NCBI RefSeq assembly: GCF_018977255.1
Contig: NW_024704742.1
Location: 53,074,001 to 53,138,000 of the forward strand
Direction of reading: 5' to 3'
DNA from: Callorhinchus milii
Lineage: Eukaryota
Length of the DNA stretch: 64,000 nt
In this document: positions 9,883-22,642 of the stretch, piece after piece
Numbering within the stretch: the stretch's first letter is position 1
How the letters are laid out: the number at the start of each line of letters is the position of its first letter
Notes under the pieces: generated by a model
The model's database searches: none
Seen by the model: only the letters and a program-made list of their open reading frames with translations
Told to the model about the DNA's origin: nothing
Position numbers and translations under genes: made by a program

Positions 9883-10874
9883 ATTAGCCTGTAGGATATT
9901 TTGATCTTGGGTTAAATAGAAGCAACGGAATTCCAATTTAAGTAAATATTTATAATTAGCATTTGAAGTCAACTCAGTTAATTCGGAATATCCAAAACTG
10001 TAAGAACATTTTGTCCTTGCACATAATATATTCTAAATTAATTCCGTAATTGGTACCTTATCTATGTACTATATGTATTTTTCAAATTGTAAGATGCAGG
10101 CCATAAAGTTTGATGCCTAGCATTTGACACTAACGGAGACCAATATTTTTTCCATTGCTGTACAAATGTTACCATGGAGTGAAATATGCAATGTTTTGTA
10201 ATGCACTGTTTGTGATAATCACAAGCGAAATGTTATGAAGCATTGCAAACTTCACCCCCAAGTTAGTATTAACCATTCCTTATTGCATAACGTTAAACCG
10301 CATAAATGACAAGGTCTACTACAAATTGAAAGGGCAGAATTAGTCTATAGGTACTTAGGACACAGCATTAAAAAGAATATATATATATTTTGACAATTTA
10401 GTGCCATTTAAAATAGCACCAAAATTTGCATGCATTGAATAAGAGTGTACATCTGAGTTACTACAGTTTAACTTTTAAGAAGCTCAATTTATTTGGAAAG
10501 GTTATTTACAAATTTCTATTTTTGGTCTTTTGATTTTAAATAACCACAGGCCCACTTGTTATGAGATATTTGTGCCACAATTACTTATTTTGTTTCTAGA
10601 TCTTGCTGAACACGAGCAACGCAAATACTGTATTTGTCTATAAATTTACATTTGTGTCACTCAATAAAACACCCTTTTTCATGAATTTAAATATAATAGT
10701 ACAACACAGTGCATTTATAAAGTGCCCTTTATGTAGGGTAAGCTGGTCAGCTATGTAGAACAACTGCAATTAGAGGGCGCTTTGAGATGTCCTCCTGTGT
10801 GAAAGGTGCTGCATAAATGTAAATTGTAGTTGTTCTACTTGCTATAGATACAAACTCATACAGCTCAGAGCATT

Positions 10875-11131
10875 ACCCTATTCTGGAACCTCTACACTCT
10901 GGAACTCTATCCTGCAAACCCTCTGCCTCACCCCATCTCTTGCCTCCTTCAAGTCCCATCTGAAGACTTTCCTTTTCAATCGTGCCTTCGGCCACCCTCC
11001 CATACCCATCACCCCTGCCCTCCTCCCCTTCTGACCCCAACTCCCAACTCGGGACAAAACCCCTGATTGTCCAGCACCCTGGGATGTCTTTCCGACGTGA
11101 AGACCGCTATACAAGTATACTTTGTTGTTGT
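10875..11131 (+). mobile_element. L2 LINE 3' end
   Basis: CTCTGGAACTC...TTCAAG...GACGTGAAG...TTGTTGTTG, shared with other L2 tails in the window. Confidence 0.8.
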
Positions 11132-11660
11132 ATTGCTCCATTTTCCATTGGCTTTCAGTGCATTTCCAGAATTTAAGTCCCTCCAATAATATGCTTCTGC
11201 TTCATAGGGAATGTTTCCAAAATCTAGCACCACAGGAATAATCGAGAGGGATGGGGGTACCTCAGAAATGAGTTGGAAATTCAGTGATACCTCACTAACA
11301 ACACTCTTGTTTTTAGTCAATATTGACAATACACATTAATATTGGACTGTTACAATCTGGTAATCAGGTGGCCTAAATTTAAACCCAGAATAATGGCATA
11401 AGAGGAGATAAGATTCACTATAGTTTCTTATAGTTTCTTAACACAAGGAATAGGTTAATAAAATTCTCAAACTTTACCCTTATTGAATGGCCTTCAAAAC
11501 CTGAATAATGGCAAACACTGTAAACTACAGTACTAAAATAGTATGGGATGGGATGGCAGGTAAATGGGACTGAAAGGATTGCTCTTAAAAGAGCCAGCCA
11601 AAAAATGATGGGTCAGTTGACTTTATTCCATGCTGTAAATCTCTGTGGTTTCTAAAAGAT

Positions 11661-12120
11661 AACAACAACAACAACAACAACAAGATTCCATTTATAGAGC
11701 GCCTTTCACGTTGGGAGGATGTCCCAAGGCGCTGTACAGTTGGGTCAGGACCCGAGCAATGGGGGGAAATGGTCAGGGTGAGGGGAGGGAAGGGAGGGAG
11801 CGAGGAGGGGGTAGAGAGTCGAGAGGGGAGCTGAAGGCACGGTCAAGAGAAAGGTCTTGAGACCGGCCTTGAAGGAGGAAAGGGAGGAAGCGGCGAAGGC
11901 ACTGGGGAACAGAGTTCCAGAGCCTTGGGGCTGAGAGGCTGAAGGCCCGGCCACCGATGGTAGGGCGGTTGGGGCGGGGGATGTGGAGCAGACCGGAGCC
12001 AGAGGAACGGAGGGTACGGGCAGGTAGGTAGGGGGATAGTAGGTCAGAGAGGTAGGAGGGAGCAAAGCCGTGAATGGCCTTGTAGGTGAGGATGAGGATC
12101 TTGAAATCGATCCTCTGGGG
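11661..12120 (-). mobile_element. Young L2 LINE, 5'-truncated
   Basis: Very similar to the 25764-26455 copy in the opposite orientation, with a (GTT)n tail. Confidence 0.9.
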
Positions 12121-15100
12121 AAATCGATCCTCTGGGGAAACTTTTATAACTCAGGTCATAAAAGTATTTCAGAGCATTAAAAAGAATCCTCAACATGGTA
12201 AAGTTGTAGCGGCTTTGCTGATGTGATATAGGATTTAGGACATCTTTTACTTTTGAAAAACGTCCGATTGTGGGCCAGACCTAGTTTTGTTTAACATTGT
12301 TTTCTTTCTATTCAAATCTCTGAATACTTAAAGCCTGACAATGCCTTTTGATGTTAAAAATAAAAATGAAATATTTGGGTACTAACTGTCTCATGGATCA
12401 GGTTACTTTTATTGATTTGGAAAGTTTCGCAGCCTCTGGGACAGAGTCCAAGGATTAGTCCTTGCAAATGCAAATATAACTACATTGCAACAAAGAAAAT
12501 GAGGTCAACAGGGCTGCTATATCTTGAACAGGCTTTTCCTGTTTTCCTGTCTTTTTCTGGTTCTTTGCTTTACCCTGCTTTTTTGGCACTATACAAATGT
12601 AATTTTGTTCCTGTTGTTGTTTCCAAGTCAAGGCAGATTCAAGATATGGTGTTTCAAGAGAGAAACAGACAGGAATAAGCAATACAGAGGCTTGATGGGG
12701 TATGGGGATTACTGCCAAATCTTACTTTGATATAGGAACAGAAAGCACAAGCTTATATAAAAACACAATTTGCCTTCAGTCAATGTGCATCGTTAAGTAA
12801 TGTGTTAGATGTTGTTCGTCTACAAAAATACAGTCACTACACTTTACAGTGGATCCTGTGAAGCACTTTGAGACACTCTCCTGATTTGAAAGGTGCTATA
12901 TCAAATGAAAAAAATATTATTTTTATCAGATGGTGGAAGGTTAACACAGTATGTTACATGTACTAGTGTTGCGACCAACTCACTGAACTTATAGTTTATG
13001 GATTGTGGCCAGAGATGGAAGCAATAGTTATAACATTGATATATTATTGGCTCCAAACAGCTTAATTGTTTTTCATGTATTCAGTGTCTGACTCTGAGCC
13101 TTGCAACCATCTCTGAATAGAGACACATACAGGTAACCAGTGTAATTGGTAACTAAATCCTTGAATTTAGCTTGTAGCTTTAATGTTAACTGCTGTTGAG
13201 TGGTAAGATGCAACTAAGCTGGCAACAGAGTGAGGGAATGGTTATATATTACAGAGATATCCAGCTGCTGATACTGGTGTTTTCCCTCTGTGCTGCCTGC
13301 ATCCTTTGGTAGTCTCTCTGAACTTTCCATTTGTGTAAATTATCCGGCCTAAATCAGCACCCAGGGCATTGCCGTTTACTGAAGCCTCACTGCTCTGAAA
13401 GGTAATGTCAAAAAACAGTCTGAATACACTTTACTGGACTGCTCCTATACATGCAATCTTGTTTTGGTCAGCTAGGAGTCTGATATATGTGGAAATCGAT
13501 CACCATGTTTAAGGGTAGAATCATAAAATCACAGAATTCAAACCAAACAGAGATCCATGCATCCCACCTACACTTGGAAACTCTGGAGATATTTGTTGGA
13601 ATGTAATGTGCATTCTCTGTGAATAGACACATCCTTCTTACCTAAATCCGGAAAGTATTAGGCGCAGGTTGGCAAGAGCCAAGGCTTGGGGACCCCAAAG
13701 TGTAAATGACCGTGTAATTTGTAGGTGAATATGGCAGCTAATTTGTTCACAGCAACATCCTACAAGCAGCCATGAAGTGAATGAAACATGACAAGCAGAA
13801 TAGGCTTTGGAAAGTTACTGGAATCCTTAAGGAAATCTTAGATATTTTTACCCTGATAATTATTAAAATATTGAATGTTTTGCCACAAATGGCTATTGAG
13901 CATGAGCCCAAAAGAACATTTAAAAGGGGAAGTAAATTTGGGAGAAGAAGAGATAGCTTCAGTGGAGGAGTAGGTTCAACAGCTTGAATGACTTCCTCCT
14001 ATACTATAATTTATAATATGCTTATATATTTATTTTATTAGGAAATTTCTGTGTGGTATGGACAGAATTCATAGGAACATTTCTCTAATTATATTCTAAT
14101 AGTAATAACAATAATTCTGGTATTTCATAGTGTTCCTAATGACAGAAAACTCAAGGGGTTCACAGATAACTGCTCTAAAGTAAAGCAACTGGGTATTTTG
14201 TAGGCAAACCTAGCAGCTAGTTTGTACACATTATTTCACGAACAGCCACAAAGTGAATGAGCAATTTATCTGAAGAATTGTTGGGAGGATACTGGCAGAA
14301 ACCCCCCTTCTCTTTTTTGTGATGATCCTGTGATGCATTTGAGACATTTCAAAAGTGTGGTAATGCACTTTACCAAATACAGGGATTATTGTTAAATCTG
14401 AAATGTCTGATTGTTTTCTGTCTTTTGAGATTTCAATACAATTACAAAGCTTGAGTCTGTGCTGTCATTATAATTTTGACATTTTTTGTAGGAATGCTAG
14501 AATAACTAGGATTGCATTCTCAATGGTCATATTGAGAATGTGATGAATGTAAATAAATTATATAATTCATTTGGCTCGAGAGGAGTGAAAAATAGGATAG
14601 GAGTGAAAAATACCAATGTTTCATAACATAGCATTTAATAATATGTTGAACATCTGCTCTGAAATGGTCATATTTTATACTCTGTAGCTTGTAACAGATT
14701 ATACAAGTTCTGTCAACTTGTATAATCTATTACATTTGCTTTTACTGAGTACTATTTTCTTTTACTGAGATACCTTCAAATTGAATTTAGTTTAGTCTCT
14801 ATTATTAGATTCCTCAAATAAGTGCAAGCAAAAAGATTTAAATCACACTGTAGATTTGGCCTGCAGCTAGCTTATGTAACTCCATTGAGGATGTAAAAGA
14901 TTTTTGCAATGATTTCAAATAGTTGCTTGTTGCTGTGATAGTATTACTCCAATAATTCCACAATGTATTCCGTTCAAGACTGGAAAAAAATTCATTGAAA
15001 ATGGTAGGTGAAGAATCAAGGTATGAAGCACAAAGCTAAAACAGTGGGAGAGAAAACCAGATAAATAAAAAAAGATGTGTTTAGTTTATACCAAGCTTAT

Positions 15101-16035
15101 ATTTAGTTTATATTTAGTTCAAGTGCATTTGGATTGGCCTTGCAGGCAGACAGGAAATTCCACAGAATTCAGGTTCTGAGAAAGAATGAATTGGAATAGG
15201 AAAATCTTGATTTCAACACCCTGAGGATATGGGGAAAATGAAAAGTGATTAAGGTGGCATATTTAGAAATTGGCAGACACACAGAGAGGAAGGGCATTCT
15301 TGAGCAAAAATAAGTGCTTGAGAAAGAAAAAGAAGCAAGTTTATTGGCGACAGCTTCACTGATGGATGGCTTGTAAACATTATATTTGAGATTGATACAA
15401 ATTGCAATTATATAACACCTTTCATGTTGTGGGGACCTCTCAAAGTAGTTTATATGGTTGACTGGGCACCTGAAAGGTACAGATGAGATCAAGGTTTAGT
15501 GAATCAGTCATTGCTTGAACAGAGAAATAAAAGTCATGTGCACTAAGGGTTCATTGTAATGTGGATTGTGTTAGATAATAATAATTATAATAATTATTAT
15601 TGCATTTAATAAAATACCTAGAGCACTGACATTTCTCAAAGTGCTTCACAGAATTTTTTGTAGTGTCGTAACTGTGTATTTTTTGGATGATGAATGAAGG
15701 AGGTCAATGAGCCAAAGAAGGAACAAATTGAAAGAGTCTTGGGAAAGAATCAGATGATGATGCATCAACTGATGCACAGTTGGATCAATTTGAAAAAAAA
15801 CCTGATACTCATAAACATAACTTTGGTGGAAGTCTTTAAGGAAGTAAGTTTACAGTATCAGATCCTGCCAAAGGCTTTGGAAATGTCCAAAGCAATTAAA
15901 AATAAATCTGTCCCAATGTTCAAGAGCAAAGTTCTACAGTGAATGACACCCAGCAAGAAATCATCACTAGATTGATCATCCTGAAAGCTGATCGTGGAAC
16001 TTTAAAGGTGATGATAATTTGTGAGTTAACGGCCT

Positions 16036-16398
16036 TTCCCCTTCCTACCTCTGCGACCTGCTGACCCCATATCAACATGCCTGCTCTCTCTTCTCAGCAG
16101 GCTGTGGCCTGCTCCATGTCCCCCACCCTGCCTGCCCCACCATCAACGGTGGCGGCCTTCAGGCTCTTTGCCCCCACCCTATGGAACTCCATCCCACATT
16201 TTCTTCTCGCCACTTCCTCCCTTGCCTTCTTCAAGGTGCGTCTCAAAACTCTCCTCTTCGACCGAGCCTTTGGCCACCCTCCTATCCTCCCTGCCCTCCA
16301 CCCTCCCCGATCCCGACACCCTACTTGGGTCCATATCCCTACTGTCCAGCACCTTGGGACGTCCTCCCGATGTGAAAGGCGCTGTACAAATGCAATTT
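16036..16398 (+). mobile_element. L2 LINE 3' fragment
   Basis: AFRLFAPTLWNSIP...FKVRLKTLLFDRAF, the typical L2 ORF2 C-terminus. Confidence 0.85.
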
Positions 16399-18071
16399 AG
16401 TATTTCTATAATTTTTAGGAAGTACAAATAAAACGCAATAGTTTGAAGGGCAACCAATTTACAATAAAAATTCATTGACTTTGAACTTCTCAAAGTGCTT
16501 CACAGATTTACTATAAATAATATCATAATAATAATCCTTGCATTTTATAAAGTGCAGTGATTGTATATTTGTAAGTAAATCTGGCAGCCAATTTGCACAC
16601 AGCAAAGCACTATAAACAGCGATGACATGAATGACCATTTTTAACTGGGGGATTGATGGGCAGAGAAGCTCCCTTCTCTTTTCTAATGCTGCTATAAGAT
16701 CTTTAATGTCCACCTGAACAGACAGACAAGGGTTTAATGTTTCATCTTTCACAATTTAGTGCTCCTCTAACACTGCATTGGAGTGTTGGCCTGGATTATG
16801 AGTCTCAAAGTCTCAATCACAAAATATAGTGTCAATTCACTTTACAGTATATTCTGTGAAGCGTTTTGAAACGCCTCGAAGATGTGATAAGGCCCTATAT
16901 CAAATGCATGGATTATTATTAAACCAATAACCTTCTGACTCAGAAGCAAGAGTGGTATCAAATGAGCTAGACTGATACCTTATGTATGAATGTCAGCTAA
17001 ACGATGAGCTCAAAGGACAGAGATAGATTGGAGGTGTATCTCTTAAGGACAAGAAGAAGCCACCATGAAGATCAGAGAGCTTATTTCAGTCCAGAGAAAA
17101 TAAGACCTCACAGTTGATATTTTCACAAGTCACAATTTCACACTAAAACCTATCTTTATGATTATCCTTTTGACCACCTTCCTTCCCTGTTTCACAGGAC
17201 AAGTTGATGTCCTGGATTTAGCTGCACTCAAAGGGTGATCTCCAATTCAGGAGCAGCATTGGAAAGAGAGAAATTATTGGATTCTACAAAAACTACTGGC
17301 AGGACTCTTTACCTGGGGCATGAACCCACAGCCTTCTGACCCACAAGTGCTGTTGCAAGACCAGTTTTTGTAGATACCCTCCACTGCTCTGCACACACAC
17401 ATTCTTCACAGCTCATTACAAGGCAACGCAACACCAATTATCTCAGCAACTAAGCTGGTAATTTACTTAGCATTATAACTTCTGTGTCTGTTATGGCTAA
17501 GAAACATTCATTTGTTTGCAGTGAAAATAGCTTCTGCTACAGTTCTTGAAAAAAGCTACAGTGTTGAAATAAACAAACTTAATCTACACTCTTTGAATCT
17601 TTTCACATTCCCATGATCTGTAAACCTGGGAAAATATAAAACCTGAAATGTCGCCTAGTCTTTTCCAATTCTGTCTTAAAATTTAAGATTGCAAAATTGT
17701 GGGAAATTCTTAAATTCAATTACAATTTAGCAGTCAGCTTCCTGCAGTTCTTAAAAAAAAGTTTTCCAAATCAAGACTGAATTTTTTTTTAAAACATCAT
17801 AATTTTGCAGGCTAAAACTAGGAGAAATTTCAGGTCTCTTGTGTCTTATCTACAAGTCTGCTTGAAACAAAGTACAAACTTATAAGGTATAGCACCAGTG
17901 CAGTGTGTTAGAAAAAAAACTTAAATTCAAAATAGCAACAATAGCAACAAATTTGTGTCGGGAGAATGTGAATGTCTCAAAGCATTTCTCAGGATATACC
18001 TTAAGCACCCTGAGACACCACCCTGATTAGATGGTGCTATATAAATGTAAGTTGTTGATTTTGATGTAATG

Positions 18072-18597
18072 ACAACAACAACTTGCATTTCTATAGCGCT
18101 CTTCATGTTGGAAAACGACCCGGAGCGCCTGACAGTCTGACGCCGAGCCAGGGGGAGAGGGAGGGGGGAAGTGACCGTAAGCACGATCTTAAGGCTGGAT
18201 TTCAAGGTGGGCAAGGAGCGGGCAAGGCGGAGGGATTGAGGGAGAGAGCTCCAGAGTTTCGGGGGGTAGTAGCTGAAGGCACATCCACCGATGGTGGAGC
18301 AGAGGGGATGAGGGATAAACAGGAGGCCAGAACCAGCTGAGCGGAGGTAGCGGGTGGTGGAGTAGGGGTAAGCAGATTGGATAGGTAGGGAGTTGCGAGG
18401 GGAGCTGGGGAGACCAGTGAGGAGGGCATGGGAATAGTCCAACTGGGAAGTGGCCAAGGCATGGACGAGGATTTCGGCTGCGTTGGTTGTAGGTATGGAC
18501 GGAGGCACGATGTGACAGAGGTGGAAAATAGCAGACCTGGTCATGGAATGGATTTGTGGTAGAAAGGAAAGCTGGGATTCAAACCTGATGCCCAAGG
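18072..18597 (-). mobile_element. L2 LINE 3' fragment
   Basis: AEILVHALATSQLDYS...LRSAGSGLL...AFSYYPPKLWSSLP, with a (GTT)n tail. Confidence 0.88.
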
Positions 18598-19069
18598 TGC
18601 TATATCAAACACAAGGATTTAAAATATGTAATGACAAATATCCACATTGCAACACATTGGCTGCGTTCCAAATGATTTCATTGGCTAGAAACAAACCTTT
18701 CTTTGATCACAATTTGGCACATACTGAGATAAAATACTCATCCATAAGGTCATTTCAGCACAGTTACACTTTGTGGGACAAAAATGTAATGTTTTCATAA
18801 CAGACTCAATGCAATAAGTATCACATTAAATGTTTAAAAAGATGATAACTTCAGGAGATCATTACATTTTGGTAATAATGTCTTTCATATCAGGAAAATG
18901 TTCCATAGCATCATTGGATATAATGTAAAATATAGTGACTGTATTTGTTTTATGGGTGACCTCAGCACTAAAATGGTGCTGGGTATATACATTCGAGGAT
19001 TTGCAGATGTGTTACCAGTTTACATTCTCCCTTTACTCATGCTTTTAAAGCAAAGTGTAGAGAATTACA

Positions 19070-19420
19070 TAGACTGTACAGCACTGAAACAGGGCTTTCA
19101 GCCCAACTAATCTGGAGCCAGTATTTATACTTCACATAAACCTATCTGCATTTCTTCTTCACCTCCTGTATCCCACTATTCCTTTCACTCTCATGAATGC
19201 ATTAAGTTTCCTTTTAAATGCATTGAGGTTTCTTGCTTTGACCGCAGCTTCTTGCAGTTGAGTTGCACATTCTCACCAGCCACTGCATAAAGAAATTCCT
19301 CATAAATTCCCTTTTAAATCTACTATTGTTAGCCTTATATTTATGCCCCCTTGTTATCAACTCACTAACAAGTGGAAAAAGCCTATTTATGTCCACCTTA
19401 TCAATACACCATGTGAGAGT
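19070..19420 (-). mobile_element. CR1 LINE 3' fragment
   Basis: LFPLVSELITRGHKYK...RNFFMQ, the CR1 ORF2 C-terminal motif. Confidence 0.75.
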
Positions 19421-20054
19421 CCCTTTAATGAGTTTGTACATCTTTGCCCCATACTGACCTAAAAATCATTATAAAAGTTTTTTTAAGTTAAAAAGCTGAT
19501 CTAATATCTGCAAATTAAAATATTTTGCTTTAAATTCTTGTTTTAGTAAAAAGGCCCAATTGACTGTCAGAAACGACAACAACACATTGCATTTATGTAG
19601 CGCCTTTCAAGTTGAGAGGATGTTCTGAGGCATAGAGACCTGAGGGAAAAAACATTCTCCCAAAGTCAGGGGGATGTTCAGTCTGCTTGACTAACAATAT
19701 CATTAAAGACTGATTGTGGATTTATAAAGATGCGCTTTCACACCCAAGACTGCCACAGAGGGTCAACTTGATTCTGTCATTCTGTTGCCAAGCTTGTCCC
19801 ATGGAGCTAACTCAAACTTGAGAGACTCTGCTTACCTCCCGCCAAAGGGGATAGTTGATAAGGAAGCTGGACGTATTTGGATTGTGGTAATAAATGTTCA
19901 ATATTGCTTTCCCAATGCTATACAATGAACATTGTTTGCATTCATAATTGCAAATTCATTGTTCAAGGCTCATCTGGAAAATGAAATCAGCAAATGCCTC
20001 AATATAATGAGGCCTTACTCATTTTGTGTGTAATGTTGTTAATGTGTAAATACT

Positions 20055-21745
20055 GTTCAGGGTCAAACAAGATACCCAGGTTTCTGACTGGCTAAATGGG
20101 GTTGAGAGTGCAGCCGTGGAGGCTGATGCTGCCAGCGCCAGGGTGCGGAGGCGTTAACGCGAGCCAATCAGGAGGGCCTCGGTCTTGCTGACGTTGAGTT
20201 GGAGAAAGTTGGCCCTCGTCCAGTATTGATGTCGGACAAGCAGTCGGTCAGGACGCCAGTAGTCCCGGAGTTCAGGGTGGAGGCAGGGGGATAGAGTTCG
20301 GTGTCATCCGCATACATGTGGAAATTTACCCCATGTCTGCGGATGACGTCACCAAGGGTGAAGAGGAGGGGACCGAGGACAGAGCCCTGAGGAACACCAG
20401 TGGGGGCTGGAGGAGAAGCCGTTTGCTGTGACGAAGTGGAGGTGGTGTGAAAGGTAGGACCTGAACCAGTCAAGGACAGAACCTTGAAGGTTGAGGTGGG
20501 AGGAGAGGCGGTGGAGGAGGATTGAGTGGTCCACGGTGTCAAAGGCGATGGAGAGGTCGAGGAGGACAAGGAGGCAGAGGGACCCCTGGTCACACATGGT
20601 CAGGATGTCTTTTGTGACCTTGACCAGAGCAGTTTAACCAGATTGGAGGTGTTCATGGAGTCATGGAGGGAGTGTGAGGAGAGGAAAGAGCGAAGCTGGG
20701 AGGCAATGGCTAGGAAAGGAATATTTGAGATGGGCCGGTAGTTACATAGCTGTGATAGGTTGAGGGAAGATTTCTTCAAGGTGGGGGTGATAGTGGCTGT
20801 TTTGAGGGGAGAAGGAACAGGTAAGAGAGGAAAAGTCAGCAGAGGTAGAGCAGGAGGGGGTGAAGTGAAGGTTGAAATCGCCAAGGATGAGGAGGTGTTT
20901 GGAGCAGAGGGAGAGGGAAGATAGGAGAGTGGAGATGTCAGGGATGAAGGTGGGGGAGGGCTTGGGAGGGACAGTAGATAAGGAGAATTTTGAGGGAAAG
21001 GCTGGAGGGGTGATAAAGGGTAAGGTGCTCAAAGGAGGGGAACGTTCCAGAGGAGTAAGGGGATAGGCCGAGCAGGGGACCGGGAGATGAGAGCCACACC
21101 TCCACCATGACGGTTAGGTCGAGGGGTGTGATGGAAGGTGTAGCTGGGTGGTGTGGCCTCAGTCAGGGGAAGGTGTCGCCTGGAGCGATCCAGATTTCAT
21201 TGAGGGCGAGAATGTCGATGTGTTCATCGACGATGAGGTCTTGGATGGTGTGTATTTTGTTGGAGAGGGATCGGATGTCTTGTAGACTGATGCGGAGGGG
21301 ACATTGGTGGTGGAAGATGGGGGGGCGAGGTGGGGGAGAGGAGGGATGGTAGGGATGTGGATCAGGGAGGAGAGATTGACCCCTGTGGTCGGGGACCGGT
21401 AAGCCTTGCGGCGAGAATGTGGGATAGGGCAGTCAGAGTGGCTGCTGTTGGACAGCTAGCGGCAACTCCTACGGTGGGCCTGACGGAGGATTTGCAGGCT
21501 GGAGCAGAGGGAAGCTGTGGGACGGTTGAGCAGGAATAGGAGTCGGGGAGGGCGGTGGGAGAGGAGAAATGGAGGGTAGAGAACAGGGGTTGGAGCATTA
21601 TGGGGAAGCAGCTTGGGTCAGTGGCGGCAGCCAAAATGCCCACGCCGAGACTAAAAGCGAACGGCGGGAGGTGGGGGGGAGATCAGCGAGGCATGGTTAT
21701 CCCACTGGTGTGGGTCATCATGGGTAGAGGGGACAATGTTAATGT
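20055..21745 (-). mobile_element. Long internally deleted L2 LINE (5' region, endonuclease, RT)
   Basis: LLILGDFNLH (APE endonuclease), [37 protein letters not shown] and MYADDT, with frameshifts. Confidence 0.92.
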
Positions 21746-21785
21746 GAAGGGCGCTATGTACATGCAAGTTGTTGTTGTTGTTGTT

Positions 21786-22200
21786 GAGCCTGGAGAGTTG
21801 CACTCTCATCACTGACTCCAAAGGTTGTGGGTTCAAGTCAGCTCTTTGAACTCATGCTGACTCTCTGATGCAGTACTGGGGGATCCCTGCATTGGTAGAG
21901 GTGTAATCTTTTGGGTGAGATGTTAAACCAGGTGCCATCTACTTGTTCGGGTGGATGTTAAAGATCTCATTTTACTATTCAGAAAGTGAGGGGAGTTTCT
22001 CCCAGTAACCTGGCCAACAATCCCCAGATGAAATTGATTATTGGCTTCACGGCTGTGTGTGGCACATTGCTGTGCGCAAATTGGCTCCTGCAATCATCGG
22101 CACATACCATCGCAATACTTTGAAGCGAAGTCTGTGAAGTGCTTAAAACGTTTGGATAGCATAAGGCGTTAACTCAAATGCAAGGATTATTATTAGTATT
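21786..22200 (+). mobile_element. Older tRNA-derived SINE (SacSINE1/DeuSINE-like)
   Basis: Head GCACTCTC...AAGGTTGTGGGTTCAAGTC, core GAGATGTTAAACC...GGATGTTAAAGATC, TTGCTGTGCGCAAATTGGCT and (ATT)n tail. Similar copies lie near 23980, 29785, 38690, 45360, 49260, 55117 and 60950. The family name is from recall. Confidence 0.7.
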
Positions 22201-22320
22201 ATTCAATTAATTGTAATTTGCCATGTTTGGATTGGACACAGACTTGTGGGTCCAATTACAGTTCGAAAAGTTTAAAAATGTTCAATTTATTATTTGTGCC
22301 CAATAATATGTGGGATATGT

Positions 22321-22642
22321 GGAGTCCTGTAGCTCAGTGGTTAGAGCACTCGCTTTGCAAGCGAGAGACCTGAGTTCAATTCCAGGCAGGGCGAAACCTT
22401 GGGCAAGTTTCCTTACTCCACACACCTAATAATAATCCCTCCAAAACCCAAAACAATAATAAATTGGTCATTTTCAATCTACGACTGTTTGTGGGACATT
22501 GCTGTGCGCAATTGGCTGCCGCGTTCACCCACAAATATACAGTCAATTCACTTTACAGTGTGTTCTGTGAAGTGCTTTGGATGTCCTCCAGACGTGAAAA
22601 GTGCTATATCAAATGCAAGGATTATTATTATTATTATTATTA
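22321..22642 (+). mobile_element. tRNA-Ala-like SINE, short young variant
   Basis: Same head and tail as the 9496 copy but lacks the central segment. Closely similar to the copies at 30742, 43240 and 59524. Confidence 0.92.

Noticed and set aside
14581..14613. Short tandem duplication AGGAGTGAAAAATA, with similar ones near 11418 and 15098
   Set aside because: Ordinary slippage duplications with no further structure.
22321..22395. tRNA-Ala(TGC)-like cloverleaf, repeated at about ten sites
   Set aside because: Always attached to a SINE body and (ATT)n tail, with imperfect T and acceptor stems, so it is a SINE head rather than a tRNA gene.
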